A stretch of DNA of 64,000 bases, from positions 1 through 64,000 of IMG/VR virus record IMGVR_UViG_3300000304_000005; one strand, given 5' to 3'. Shown one piece after another: positions 10,251-19,849 of the stretch; the stretch's first letter is position 1; each line of letters starts with the position of its first letter. Made by a program: the position numbers and the translations under genes. The notes under the pieces are model-generated. The model had not been told where the DNA came from, ran no database searches, and saw only the letters and a list, made by a program, of their open reading frames with translations. The DNA comes from a virus (taxonomy: Duplodnaviria > Heunggongvirae > Uroviricota > Caudoviricetes).

Positions 10251-10344
10251 TACGGTTTTGCTTAGCAGTCTATGGCATTAGGTTGTCCGCAAGGCTGGCT
10301 TGCAACAGGTGTTTTGTTTTTGTTGATTGTTGTTTTGGCAACGT

Positions 10345-10416
10345 GCGCTTGTGGTGAAATGGTATCACAGCAGACTCATAATCTGTTAGTTCAGGGTCCG
10401 AATCCCTGCGGGCGCA
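10345..10416 (+). tRNA. tRNA-Met/Ile2 (anticodon CAT)
   Basis: Manual fold: acceptor GCGCTTG/CGGGCGC (two G-U pairs), D stem GTGA/TCAC, anticodon stem GCAGA/TCTGT with loop CTCATAA, T arm CAGGG-TCCGAAT-CCCTG. 72 nt. Flanks extend the acceptor helix. Confidence 0.6.
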
Positions 10417-10448
10417 CGTTGCCAAAATGATATTTGATTATGTTACGC

Positions 10449-10522
10449 GCTCCTATAGCTCAATCGGAAAGAGCCAGAGTTTTCTACACTTTAGGTTGCA
10501 GATTCAAGTTCTGCTAGGAGCG
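10449..10522 (+). tRNA. tRNA-Arg (anticodon TCT)
   Basis: Manual fold: acceptor GCTCCTA/TAGGAGC perfect 7 bp, D stem GCTC/GAGC, anticodon loop TTTCTAC, T arm GCAGA-TTCAAGT-TCTGC. 74 nt. Confidence 0.65.
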
Positions 10523-10554
10523 CGTAGTATAATTGCTACAATGTTTAAAGATGT

Positions 10555-10641
10555 GCCGGTGTGCTGGAACTGGAAGACGGAACGGATTCAAAATCCGCGG
10601 GTAGGAATACCGTGAGGGTTCGACTCCCTCCACCGGTACCA
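10555..10641 (+). tRNA. tRNA-Leu (anticodon CAA), type II with long variable arm, CCA encoded
   Basis: Acceptor GCCGGTG/CACCGGT, anticodon loop TTCAAAA, variable hairpin GGTA-GGAA-TACC, T arm GAGGG-TTCGACT-CCCTC, then ACCA. Confidence 0.55.
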
Positions 10642-10689
10642 TATCGCATTATTTTTATGTTGTTTTAACATATTGGATAGTGATATAAT

Positions 10690-11139
10690 ATGAGTAAAAA
10701 GATTATGGATAATGATGAAATAGCAGTTTATATTAATAAAAATGAACCAAGACTTATGTCGTATATCAAAGAAACACAAAATGTTGTTTCTTATCCAAGA
10801 TATATTATGGCAAAAGAATTAGGTAGAGAACTATTGCCAGACGAAGAAGTTCATCATATCGATGGTAATCCATTAAATAATGATATTAATAATCTACAAG
10901 TTCTTACAAAAGAAGAACACGATAAATTGCACGGAGAACGAAATAGAAAATATTATGATAAAACTATGATATGTCCTTGGTGTGGTAAAGAGTTTTTGTG
11001 GACAGCATATCAGCAACAAAAATTTCATAGTAATATGAGTCGTACAAAATCAAGAACCCATCATCCATTAGGCAAGCCATTTTGCTCTAAAAGTTGTGCT
11101 GGTAAATATGGCAAATTTGTGCAAATGAATTACAAGTAA
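10690..11139 (+). CDS. HNH homing endonuclease
   Basis: EVHHIDGNPLNNDINNLQVLTKEEHDKLH is a classic HNH motif. C-terminal CPWCG Zn finger. Confidence 0.6.
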   Translation: MSKKIMDNDEIAVYINKNEPRLMSYIKETQNVVSYPRYIMAKELGRELLPDEEVHHIDGNPLNNDINNLQVLTKEEHDKLHGERNRKYYDKTMICPWCGKEFLWTAYQQQKFHSNMSRTKSRTHHPLGKPFCSKSCAGKYGKFVQMNYK

Positions 11140-11149
11140 GGGAACAATT

Positions 11150-11539
11150 ATGAAGACAGACCTAAAACAGAATTACCTAAACAAGAAGTATGCGGAGCAT
11201 GACGATGAAGTTGATGTTCCGTATATTCATAAGCGTCCAAAGCGCAAGGTAAAGAAATCAAATCATAAACATGAATATAAAAACTGCGTCATTGTTGATT
11301 CTACGAATCCAAAAGTATTTCAACTTATCGGTCGTTGCAATGAATGCGGTAAGGTGATGAAGCCGGTACATGATAAGTGTATCGATAGGAAGTTTCCGAA
11401 TATCCAATATCAAACTTGGTTTATCAATTACCCCACAGAACATGAACAGGAATATGAAGATTTCAAGGAGTGGTGCAAGAAGCACTATAATACTTATGAC
11501 GTACCGGATTTCGATTTGTGGAAGACGAAGTTTATTTAG
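11150..11539 (+). CDS. hypothetical Zn-binding protein
   Basis: CNECGK...C pattern. 129 aa. Confidence 0.35.
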   Translation: MKTDLKQNYLNKKYAEHDDEVDVPYIHKRPKRKVKKSNHKHEYKNCVIVDSTNPKVFQLIGRCNECGKVMKPVHDKCIDRKFPNIQYQTWFINYPTEHEQEYEDFKEWCKKHYNTYDVPDFDLWKTKFI

Positions 11540-12003
11540 ATTGGATTAAGGATTTTATTATGTCCATAACTAGTTTCGACAGACGGATGTTTCATCAGGC
11601 ATATGTTGAGGCAACCAAGAGCACATTCGACAGATTTCACGTTGGCTGTGTTGTTGTTTACAAAGGACATGTTATTAGTCGTGGTCATAATAGCAAAAAA
11701 ACACATCCAGTCCAACAAAGGCAAAATCGTTTTAGGGTATTAAACAACTATGATAAGCCAAATAATTATTATCCACCAAGCATTCATGCAGAAGTATCTG
11801 CATTGTGCTCAATAAGTTATCCTGTAGGAATAAATATTAAGTGGGATAGGGTAAAAATATATGTAGTTAGAGTCCTTAAAAATGGGGATATGGCATGCTC
11901 TAAACCATGTGCTGCTTGTGAGAATTTGATACGTACACTTGGAATTAAAGGGTGTTATTACTCAGAAAATAATAATTGTTTGGCTTATATTGAGTATTGT
12001 TAA
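11518..12003 (+). CDS. dCMP (deoxycytidylate) deaminase
   Basis: CMP/dCMP deaminase zinc motifs HAEVSAL (HAE) and SKPCAACENLI (PCxxC). Confidence 0.6.
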   Translation: MEDEVYLDWIKDFIMSITSFDRRMFHQAYVEATKSTFDRFHVGCVVVYKGHVISRGHNSKKTHPVQQRQNRFRVLNNYDKPNNYYPPSIHAEVSALCSISYPVGINIKWDRVKIYVVRVLKNGDMACSKPCAACENLIRTLGIKGCYYSENNNCLAYIEYC

Positions 12004-12012
12004 GGAGGTGTT

Positions 12013-13446
12013 ATGTGTAAAAATATACATGAGCAATATGTTGAAAAACTTAAAAAGGTACATTCAAATATTATTGCTATTGATAAATATATTGATATGT
12101 ACACAAATATTGGGCATAAGTGTTTGAAGTGTGGCTACGAATGGAGCGTTAGACCATATAGTTTACTGCATGCAAAATACGGATGTCCAAAATGTTCATA
12201 TGTAGAAAGAGCGAAAGCAAGAAAGCTTACGCAAGAAGAATATAAAAAACGTGTATTAGAAAGTAATCCAAATGTTGAAGTAATCGGTGAATATATTAAT
12301 GCATCGACTCCAATAAAACATGTATGTAAAAAATGTGGATATGGATTAAACGGAGAATGGCTTACTATACCATCTCATATTATGAATGGGCACGGATGTC
12401 CGGTATGCTCTGGAAATATTATAGGCTCAGCCCCAGAATACAAGAATAGTATTTGGTCACAAGATGAATATCTTAATTTCTTTAAAAACTATATGTCAGA
12501 AGAACAAATGAAGATAAACATGCCAAATAGTCACGCAAAAATAGATGTTATTTGCCCTGTTTGTGGGAAACATAAGAACATATCTCCAAATACATTATGG
12601 AAACAGGGGCTTGGTTGTATTTGCAGTGATGGAGTAAGTTATCCAAATAAATTTATGTTCTCATTCTTAGAACAAATTGGGATTGATTTCAATAGAGAAC
12701 AATCATTTGAGTGGAGTAGCGGGAAAATATATGATTTTTATATTCCGTCTTTGAATTGCATTATAGAATGCAATGGAGAGCAGCATTATAAAGGATGGAA
12801 TAAAGTTAAAAATAGCGCTAAGTTTCAACGATTAAACGATGAAGAAAAATATAAGATGGCTATTGATAATGGAGTAAACAAAGATAAATATATTATTATT
12901 GATTGCAGTCGTTCAAATAAAGATTTTATTAAGCACAATATAGAGCAAAGTAATTTGTTAAATATATTGAATATTAATATATCTGACATTGATATTGAAC
13001 AATGTAATATTTTTGCTACAAGCAATTTAGTAAGACGTATTTGCGATATGTGGAACGATAAGCTTACTATCAAACAAATACAAGAAAAAACAAAAATCGT
13101 TACTGTTCGAGAATATTTAAAAAAGGGAAATGAGCTAGGATGGTGCAACGATTATACCGAAAATGAAGCTCGTAAAAGAGGCGCAAGATATAATAAAGGC
13201 AGATGGGTGAATGTTTATTGTTTGGAATTAAATAAAGTGTTTACATCTATATCAGAAGCGGCAAAACAAACCAAATTAAATTCAGAATCAATACGTATGT
13301 GCTGCTCTGGTAAATGGAATCAATATAATAATCAACATTGGTATTATCTTTATGATAAAGCTATGAAGGATGGAACTGAAATTAAGGGTGCTATTGCACT
13401 TGGTTTAATATCAGAAGAAGAGGCTATAAAACAACTTAACATTTGA
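12013..13446 (+). CDS. homing-endonuclease-like protein (tandem Zn-ribbons, endonuclease core, C-terminal NUMOD-like HTH)
   Basis: Repeated CxKCGY...CPxCS Zn-ribbon units. Core IIECNGEQHY (Vsr/PD-(D/E)xK-like). C-terminal VYCLELNKVFTSISEAAKQTKL resembles the DNA-binding modules of phage homing endonucleases. Confidence 0.4.
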   Translation: MCKNIHEQYVEKLKKVHSNIIAIDKYIDMYTNIGHKCLKCGYEWSVRPYSLLHAKYGCPKCSYVERAKARKLTQEEYKKRVLESNPNVEVIGEYINASTPIKHVCKKCGYGLNGEWLTIPSHIMNGHGCPVCSGNIIGSAPEYKNSIWSQDEYLNFFKNYMSEEQMKINMPNSHAKIDVICPVCGKHKNISPNTLWKQGLGCICSDGVSYPNKFMFSFLEQIGIDFNREQSFEWSSGKIYDFYIPSLNCIIECNGEQHYKGWNKVKNSAKFQRLNDEEKYKMAIDNGVNKDKYIIIDCSRSNKDFIKHNIEQSNLLNILNINISDIDIEQCNIFATSNLVRRICDMWNDKLTIKQIQEKTKIVTVREYLKKGNELGWCNDYTENEARKRGARYNKGRWVNVYCLELNKVFTSISEAAKQTKLNSESIRMCCSGKWNQYNNQHWYYLYDKAMKDGTEIKGAIALGLISEEEAIKQLNI

Positions 13447-13457
13447 AAGGAGGGTGA

Positions 13458-13709
13458 TTGATGGAGCAAGATGAAAATGCGCTTACAAATGATGAACAGA
13501 AATTAGTGGAAGATAATCATGAATTAATTTATCTTGTAGCAGATTGTATGGATTTAGATGTTGATGAATATTATGGTTTACTTGCAATTGCTCTATGTCA
13601 TGCTGCTCAAAAATATAAACTGAGAAAACGCGCATATGATTTTTCAGAGTTTGCTAAAATAACTATGATTCGTGAATATTTTATATATGAACGTGGTAAA
13701 TATATGTAA
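13458..13709 (+). CDS. hypothetical protein
   Basis: 83-aa ORF. Confidence 0.3.
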   Translation: MMEQDENALTNDEQKLVEDNHELIYLVADCMDLDVDEYYGLLAIALCHAAQKYKLRKRAYDFSEFAKITMIREYFIYERGKYM

Positions 13710-13744
13710 TTAATAATGTTATATGCTAAGGAGAATATATTCCT

Positions 13745-14923
13745 ATGTATCTTGATAATGCGGCTACGACAAAACCAAGGCAAGAAGTAATCGACACGAC
13801 GCTTGCATATCTTGCAGAATATTGGGAGAATCCATCTGCACTTTCATTCAATAGCCCAAAGATAAAAAAAGATATTGAAATCGCTAGAAATACCGTAGCT
13901 AAATCAATTAATGCTAAGGGCGGTCACAACATCTTCTTTACTTCTGGCGGTAGCGAGGCAAATTGTTGGGCTATTCAAGGATTCATTAACAATCGATTAA
14001 ACAATATGCATGTTCCATATATCATTACTACCAAGATTGAACATAAGTCGATTATGGAATGCGTAAAGAATCAAACGTTAGCAACGGTATATTATCTTGA
14101 TGTAAATACTGACGGATTTATTTCTATTGAAGAGCTTGATGATACAATTTCTTTAATGTTAAGCTGTGGAGTTGAACCAAAAGATATTCTCGTATCGATT
14201 CAATTTGCCAATAATGAAGTCGGTACGATTCAAGATGTTATTAATATCAGCAATGTGTGTCATATGTATGGTTGCGTTTTTCATACCGATGCTGTACAGG
14301 CTTTCGGGCATGTATATATTGACGTTGATGCTATGGGAATCGATATGTTGTCTGCTTCTGCTCATAAGATTGGTGGATGCAAAGGAACGGGCTTTCTATA
14401 CATTAAAGATGGTATTGAAATTAATCCGCTGATTTATGGTAGCCAAATGGATGGTATGCGAGGTGGAACAGAAAACGTTGCAGGAATCATGGGTATGGCT
14501 AAGGCAGTTGAGCTTATTGACCTGAATGACGCAAACAATGCCAAGTTCGCTAGGGATTATTTTATCGATAAGCTTGTTGATATCGGATGTAAACTTAATG
14601 GTCCATATGGAAGTGCTGTATCTCGTTATCGTCTGCCAAATAATATTAACGTGATTCTACCGGACAATATCAACGGAGAAAGTTTTGTTCTCGCCATTTC
14701 AATTGATGGTATTGATATTGGAACTGGTTCTGCTTGCAACTCACATTCTGTTGAACCATCGTATGTTCTTAAGGCAATGGGACTAACGGACGATGAAGCA
14801 AATTGTAGCATTCGTATATCCATTCCGAGTAATATGACGATGGATGATGTTGATAATGTTATGAATAGTATTAAACAAACTATTGATGTTATTTTATCTA
14901 TTCCAGAAAATGAAAATAATTAA
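13745..14923 (+). CDS. cysteine desulfurase (class V aminotransferase, NifS/IscS-like)
   Basis: PLP-lysine motif SASAHKIGGCKGTGFLYIK. C-terminal active-site GSACNSHSVEPSYVLKAMG (IscS SSGSAC...SHVL). Full-length 392 aa. Confidence 0.75.
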   Translation: MYLDNAATTKPRQEVIDTTLAYLAEYWENPSALSFNSPKIKKDIEIARNTVAKSINAKGGHNIFFTSGGSEANCWAIQGFINNRLNNMHVPYIITTKIEHKSIMECVKNQTLATVYYLDVNTDGFISIEELDDTISLMLSCGVEPKDILVSIQFANNEVGTIQDVINISNVCHMYGCVFHTDAVQAFGHVYIDVDAMGIDMLSASAHKIGGCKGTGFLYIKDGIEINPLIYGSQMDGMRGGTENVAGIMGMAKAVELIDLNDANNAKFARDYFIDKLVDIGCKLNGPYGSAVSRYRLPNNINVILPDNINGESFVLAISIDGIDIGTGSACNSHSVEPSYVLKAMGLTDDEANCSIRISIPSNMTMDDVDNVMNSIKQTIDVILSIPENENN

Positions 14924-14932
14924 GGTTATATA
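14923..14932 (+). promoter_or_regulatory. AAGGTTATAT promoter-like motif (copy 1)
   Basis: Exact 10-mer 20 nt upstream of the RNA ligase start. Confidence 0.4.
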
Positions 14933-14951
14933 CTAAGAGAAATGAGCTAAT

Positions 14952-17213
14952 ATGCTAGTAAATGGTGAGCGAGCGCTTGCATACATCGTAACTATCGATG
15001 ATATTACACCTATTGACGGAGCTGATAATATTGAACTTGCGCGTGTTAGTGGCTGGCGGGTAATTGTTAATAAAGAGCAATTTAAACCCGGCGATGCTGC
15101 CGTCTTCTTCGAAATTGATTCATTGGTTCCTGAAACTGAATGGTCTGAATTCTTGCGCCCAAAGAAATTTCGCGTGAAAACATATCGGCTAAATAAATTT
15201 AAAGTTGTATCGCAAGGGCTTCTTATGCCGATGGATATTCTTCCACAGAATAAAACGTTTAATGTTGGTGACGATGTTACCAACATTCTTGGTGTTACCT
15301 ATTACGTCAAGGAAGATAATTATCGTAAAGCAAAAGACGGCAATCCAAATGAGAAGTATAATCGTATGGCAGCAAAGCATCCGAAGCTTGCAAAGAAGAA
15401 GTGGTTCCGTTGGCTCATGAAGCGTATGTGGGGCAAGAAGCTGCTGTTTGTATTTTTGGGTAGACATATTGATGAGAAGAAGTATAAGTTCCCTGATTGG
15501 ATTAAACGCACGGACGAAGAAAGGTGTGAAAATACACCTTGGATTACACAGTCTAAAGAACCGTTTGTTTGCACGGAAAAAATTGACGGTTGTTTCGATT
15601 ATAATACTAAGATTAGAACCAATGAGGGCCATATTCCAATTGGTAGAATTGTTAATCAGAAATTACCGATTCTAGTTGCATCTTACAATGAAGACAAACA
15701 AATCGTAGAATATAAAAATATTGTTGATTATCATAAAATCAAAGTATCACATCCAGTTCTAAAAATTGGCGTTGGTTATCGTGGACATGGCAACAGAAAT
15801 AAATATATTACATGTACTGATAACCATGAATTTTATACACCGACCGGATGGAAACAAGCGAAGGATTTAAAGCAGGGAGATATCGTATATCATTTTACCG
15901 AGTCTTTCCCGTATGAAATTAAGCAACTTATTCTAGGAAGCTTGCTTGGAGATGCATCTATTAATGCAAACGATAAAGACGGTGGATATAGGTGTGTTCA
16001 TTTTACACAATCAGACAAGCAAATTGCTTATTTTAATTACAAGAAGAACCTTCTTGGGAAATATGCGTTGGGAGAAAGGACAAGGACAAGCGGATATGGA
16101 AGCTTGATGCATGATATGCATACTACTACAAATCTTGAGCTTAATAAATTCTTAAATGAACATTGCATGAAAAACGGGAAGAAGTTTGTTACCCAAGAAT
16201 GGTGCAACGAACTTGACCCTATGGGCCTAGCCTTCTGGTATATGGATGATGGAAGTATTGCTAACCGCGATAACGACAAGCTTGGATGTAGAATTCATAT
16301 TTCAACAAATGGGTTTTCTCTACAAGAGAATGAAACGTTGGCAAATATGCTAAGAGACAGGTTCGGCATCGAGGCTACGATTGGAGACAAAGAAACGTAT
16401 AAGGGATATACGCTTATTCTTGATGTGAAAAATACCGAAAGGTTCTGTTCGTTGATTGCTCCATATGTATGCAATAGTATGAAATACAAACTCCCCAAAA
16501 AGTATCAAGATATAAAGTGCTGCTATGATAACATTTGCTTTGATTCTGGTATGAACATTGTTGAAGTTGATATTAAGTCCATAGAGAATATTGATGAACA
16601 CAAAGAATATTTCTTTGACCTTACGATTGAAGATAATCATAATTATTTTGCACAGTCTATCCTTGTTCATAATTGTTCCACAACGGTGTTTCTAGACGCA
16701 ACAAAACGTAAGCACGATTTTGGAGTGTGCTCTAGAAATGTTAGGCAAATAACACCAGATATAGAGAATTACCATACTAAATCTTCTGGAACAAATGTGT
16801 ATTGGGAAATGGCATTGAAGTATGATATGCAAAATGCACTTGAAGATATCGCAAAGAAATATGATGTTCAACGTGTTGTGCTTCAGGGAGAGACATATGG
16901 AGAAGCCATTCAGGGAAATCCATTGCACCTAAAGTATCGTGATTTTGCCGCATTTAATCTTGTGTTTGATGGCGAGCGACTAGGTTCAATTCAGGCAAAG
17001 GAAATTCTTGATGATTACAAGATTCCCTTTGTTCCAATTATTGACGATGCATATTATATGCCAGACACATTTGAAGAGCTTAAGAAACAAGCAGACGGTA
17101 AGAGCACAATCAATCATAAATGTCTACGCGAAGGATTCGTTTATCGTAGCTATGATGGTAAGCAATCTGCTAAAAACGTTAGTGTAAAATATCTGCTTAA
17201 GCAAAAAGATTAA
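14952..17213 (+). CDS. RNA ligase (DRB0094/Rnl-like nucleotidyltransferase) interrupted by an in-frame intein
   Basis: N-terminal LAYIVTIDDITPIDGADNIELARVSGWRVIVNKEQFKPGDAAVFFEIDSLVP matches the RNA-ligase family N-domain. Ligase motif I CTEKIDG is followed immediately by the intein Cys1. Extein resumes at CSTTVFLDATKRK. Confidence 0.6.
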   Translation: MLVNGERALAYIVTIDDITPIDGADNIELARVSGWRVIVNKEQFKPGDAAVFFEIDSLVPETEWSEFLRPKKFRVKTYRLNKFKVVSQGLLMPMDILPQNKTFNVGDDVTNILGVTYYVKEDNYRKAKDGNPNEKYNRMAAKHPKLAKKKWFRWLMKRMWGKKLLFVFLGRHIDEKKYKFPDWIKRTDEERCENTPWITQSKEPFVCTEKIDGCFDYNTKIRTNEGHIPIGRIVNQKLPILVASYNEDKQIVEYKNIVDYHKIKVSHPVLKIGVGYRGHGNRNKYITCTDNHEFYTPTGWKQAKDLKQGDIVYHFTESFPYEIKQLILGSLLGDASINANDKDGGYRCVHFTQSDKQIAYFNYKKNLLGKYALGERTRTSGYGSLMHDMHTTTNLELNKFLNEHCMKNGKKFVTQEWCNELDPMGLAFWYMDDGSIANRDNDKLGCRIHISTNGFSLQENETLANMLRDRFGIEATIGDKETYKGYTLILDVKNTERFCSLIAPYVCNSMKYKLPKKYQDIKCCYDNICFDSGMNIVEVDIKSIENIDEHKEYFFDLTIEDNHNYFAQSILVHNCSTTVFLDATKRKHDFGVCSRNVRQITPDIENYHTKSSGTNVYWEMALKYDMQNALEDIAKKYDVQRVVLQGETYGEAIQGNPLHLKYRDFAAFNLVFDGERLGSIQAKEILDDYKIPFVPIIDDAYYMPDTFEELKKQADGKSTINHKCLREGFVYRSYDGKQSAKNVSVKYLLKQKD
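15591..16673 (+). mobile_element. intein (361 aa) with LAGLIDADG homing-endonuclease domain
   Basis: Starts CFDYNTKIRTNEGHIPIGRIV (A block). Ends ...SILVHN followed by extein +1 Cys. Two LAGLIDADG motifs LILGSLLGDASI and LAFWYMDDGSI. Confidence 0.6.
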
Positions 17214-17227
17214 AAGGATGTGGTTTT

Positions 17228-17596
17228 GTGTATCGTATTTATGATGCTGAAAATAATTGTTGGCGAAATGATATGATTGTATTTGATGATGGTGCATTAG
17301 GAGTGTTAAACAATTCATTATTTCACTCATATAATGTAGATGTTATTTATGATGAGTCTCCATATACTGTTCATTATCCCACTGGTATCATTGATAAAAA
17401 CGGCTTTGAGATTTTTGAAGGAGATATTTGTACATGTCCAAATGAAACCAGTGGCGTTGTGGCGTTTAGTTCTCAGATTGGCGCATATTGTATTTTTGAT
17501 GATGATAATCATCTATATTATGTTCTTGACGATGAAGGTGCTGGCTTTACTGAAATTGTTGGAAATGTGTTTGATGGTGTTAAAGTAGTTAGGTAA
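17228..17596 (+). CDS. YopX-family protein
   Basis: MYRIYDAENNCW ... IIDKNGFEIFEGDI matches the YopX signature (DKNGkeIyEGDI). Confidence 0.5.
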   Translation: MYRIYDAENNCWRNDMIVFDDGALGVLNNSLFHSYNVDVIYDESPYTVHYPTGIIDKNGFEIFEGDICTCPNETSGVVAFSSQIGAYCIFDDDNHLYYVLDDEGAGFTEIVGNVFDGVKVVR

Positions 17597-17600
17597 ATTT

Positions 17601-18473
17601 ATGGACATTCTAGACGGACGGATTGTTGCAAATCAAATTAAAGATAATGCAAGAATCTTAGTAAGTCGTATTGAAAACGAATATGATGATGTGGTTAAAT
17701 TAGTTGTTATTCAGGTCGGCAATGACCCGGCATCATGTACATATATACGCAATAAAGAAAAGGCATGCAGCTATGTTGGAATTGAAACTGAAACGCGCCG
17801 GTTTGACTCAAATATTTCAACAGATATGCTCGTTGATTTCATTGAAAATTTAAACGAAGATGATTCAGTCAATGGTATTTTAGTACAGCTGCCATTGCCA
17901 GTGCATCTCAATGAGCAAAAAATCATTAATGCTATCGACCACGATAAAGACGTTGATGGTTTTACGTTCATTAATGCCGGTAAGCTCGCTCGTAACTACA
18001 AGAAGAAAATGCAGCTTTTGCCATGTACGCCCATGGGAATCATGAATATTCTTTCATGGTATGATATCAATGTTGCCGGTAAGAATTGCGTGGTAGTCGG
18101 GAGAAGCAATATTGTTGGCAGGCCAATGGCTGAACTGCTATTAAATTCTAATGCAACGGTAACTATTTGTAATTCGTATACTTCAAACCTGAAGGATATT
18201 TGCAAGAGTGCCGATGTGCTGATTTGCGCAATCGGCAAGCCAAAGTTCTTTACCGAAGAACACATTAAAGATGGTGCTATTATTATCGATGTTGGAATGA
18301 ATAGAGATAACAACGGTAAGTTGTGTGGCGATGTAGATTTCAATAGCGTATCGAAGCTAAGCGGCGCTATCACGCCTGTTCCCGGAGGTGTCGGGCAGAT
18401 GACGGTTGCAATGCTTATGGACAATTGCATTACAGCTTATTGTTTACAGCACAACCTACTCTATATTATGTAG
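17601..18473 (+). CDS. folD: bifunctional methylenetetrahydrofolate dehydrogenase/cyclohydrolase
   Basis: Full-length similarity pattern: ILDGRIVANQIKDN..., VQLPLPVHL, DVDGFTFINAGKL, CTPMGIMNILSWY, VVVGRSNIVGRPMAELLL, PVPGGVGQMTVAML. Confidence 0.75.
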   Translation: MDILDGRIVANQIKDNARILVSRIENEYDDVVKLVVIQVGNDPASCTYIRNKEKACSYVGIETETRRFDSNISTDMLVDFIENLNEDDSVNGILVQLPLPVHLNEQKIINAIDHDKDVDGFTFINAGKLARNYKKKMQLLPCTPMGIMNILSWYDINVAGKNCVVVGRSNIVGRPMAELLLNSNATVTICNSYTSNLKDICKSADVLICAIGKPKFFTEEHIKDGAIIIDVGMNRDNNGKLCGDVDFNSVSKLSGAITPVPGGVGQMTVAMLMDNCITAYCLQHNLLYIM

Positions 18474-18544
18474 ATTTTATGAAGATATAAAAGCTAATTT
18501 GATTTTAAAACAATTATTGAGTACAATTATCTTGTAATACTAAT

Positions 18545-18554
18545 AAGGTTATAT
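18545..18554 (+). promoter_or_regulatory. AAGGTTATAT promoter-like motif (copy 2)
   Basis: Exact 10-mer 25 nt upstream of start 18579. Confidence 0.4.
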
Positions 18555-18578
18555 ATCTGTAGCTAGGAGGATATATTA

Positions 18579-19775
18579 ATGGCAAACGAAGTTAAGAAAA
18601 TTACTCGTAAGAATTGGACCTCACGATTTAATCTTGTTGGTCGGCCTAAGCTGGGAGATTATACTTTCAAGATGGACGAGCATAGCAATAAGTCTTCTTG
18701 GATTTATAACTCTATGAATCTATGTCTTGATTGCGGTGAAAAATTCGGCAATTGTTATAGTAGCATGATGGGTGGTTATTCTCCTGAGCGAGCAACTACG
18801 CTTTATGCGCATGGCAAAGATGAGAATGGTCGCGATGATTTCGGTATTCGTATGGAGATTGATTGGGATGACCGTTTTGATGAAGACCTGCTAGATAAAG
18901 TTGGCGATATGAATTTCATCAAGGTTGGCCTTGAGCGCGATGTACGCGGCCAGACTGTAATCAAGAAGTTCCTTAGTCCTTATGATGCTATTGAATATAT
19001 TCATGATAATCTTACCGAAGATATGGTAGTTAATGTTAGCGGCAATCTTCGTTACAATACATATAATGACCATGTAACCATCAATAAGGACATTACAAGT
19101 ATTTATCTATCTCGTGTTGAAGACCCAAAAGATTTCCATGCAAGCTTTACGCAATCTGTGATTATTGATAAGGAATCTTGTAATACAAAGGATATCGATA
19201 AAGACACCGGCATCATGCCAATTGATGTAATCGTTCTTGATTATATTAAAGAGTTTAATGGTCATGAAATTCGTGGACAGTGGCCTTATCATATTAATAT
19301 GGAATATCAATTCGACCTAAGTGACAAGGATAAGGTTAAGAAGATTTATGAGAGGCTGTTCAAGGTTAAGAAGGGCTATACTCAGATTACTTTTGATGGT
19401 GAATTTGTTTCCAATGGCGGCACTGTAACTCCAACCATTGATGATATTCCAGAGGATATTCGTTCTCTTATCGGAATCGTGTATACCGAAGAGGAAGCTC
19501 TTGAGCAGTGCGCTACCAACGCAAACCGTGAAAATCATATGTTCCTGAAGCGTCCTTCAATCTTTATGGTTACAGACCAGAACAATCCCGATAACAAGAA
19601 TGCTGTGCTGCAAATGTTCCCTGAGCATTATACCGAAGATGAGCTTGATATGAGTTGGGCTTACGCAGATGATGTTGATGACGAAGAGGATGACCTTCCT
19701 TTTGGGAACGACGAGAACGACGAGGATGGCAATACTGGTAATGATGATGATTGGTTGAGTATGCTAAGTGATTAA
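18579..19775 (+). CDS. putative ssDNA-binding protein (acidic C-terminal tail)
   Basis: Extremely acidic C-terminus DDVDDEEDDLPFGNDENDEDGNTGNDDDWLSML resembles SSB/gp32 tails. Cys cluster CLDCGEKFGNC. Lies upstream of the Sak4-like ATPase. Confidence 0.3.
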   Translation: MANEVKKITRKNWTSRFNLVGRPKLGDYTFKMDEHSNKSSWIYNSMNLCLDCGEKFGNCYSSMMGGYSPERATTLYAHGKDENGRDDFGIRMEIDWDDRFDEDLLDKVGDMNFIKVGLERDVRGQTVIKKFLSPYDAIEYIHDNLTEDMVVNVSGNLRYNTYNDHVTINKDITSIYLSRVEDPKDFHASFTQSVIIDKESCNTKDIDKDTGIMPIDVIVLDYIKEFNGHEIRGQWPYHINMEYQFDLSDKDKVKKIYERLFKVKKGYTQITFDGEFVSNGGTVTPTIDDIPEDIRSLIGIVYTEEEALEQCATNANRENHMFLKRPSIFMVTDQNNPDNKNAVLQMFPEHYTEDELDMSWAYADDVDDEEDDLPFGNDENDEDGNTGNDDDWLSMLSD

Positions 19776-19788
19776 TCGTTAAACAAAT

Positions 19789-19798
19789 AAGGTTATAT
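19789..19798 (+). promoter_or_regulatory. AAGGTTATAT promoter-like motif (copy 3)
   Basis: Exact 10-mer upstream of 19850. Followed by a GGTGGGGAACC/GGTTCTCCACC hairpin. Confidence 0.4.
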
Positions 19799-19849
19799 GT
19801 TGGTGGGGAACCATAGGGTTCTCCACCTAATAAAAGATTGGAGGTGTAG

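Noticed and set aside
19802-19827. Hairpin GGTGGGGAACC/GGTTCTCCACC as a terminator
   Set aside because: No downstream T-run, and it lies between a promoter-like motif and a start codon. More likely a 5'-UTR structure.
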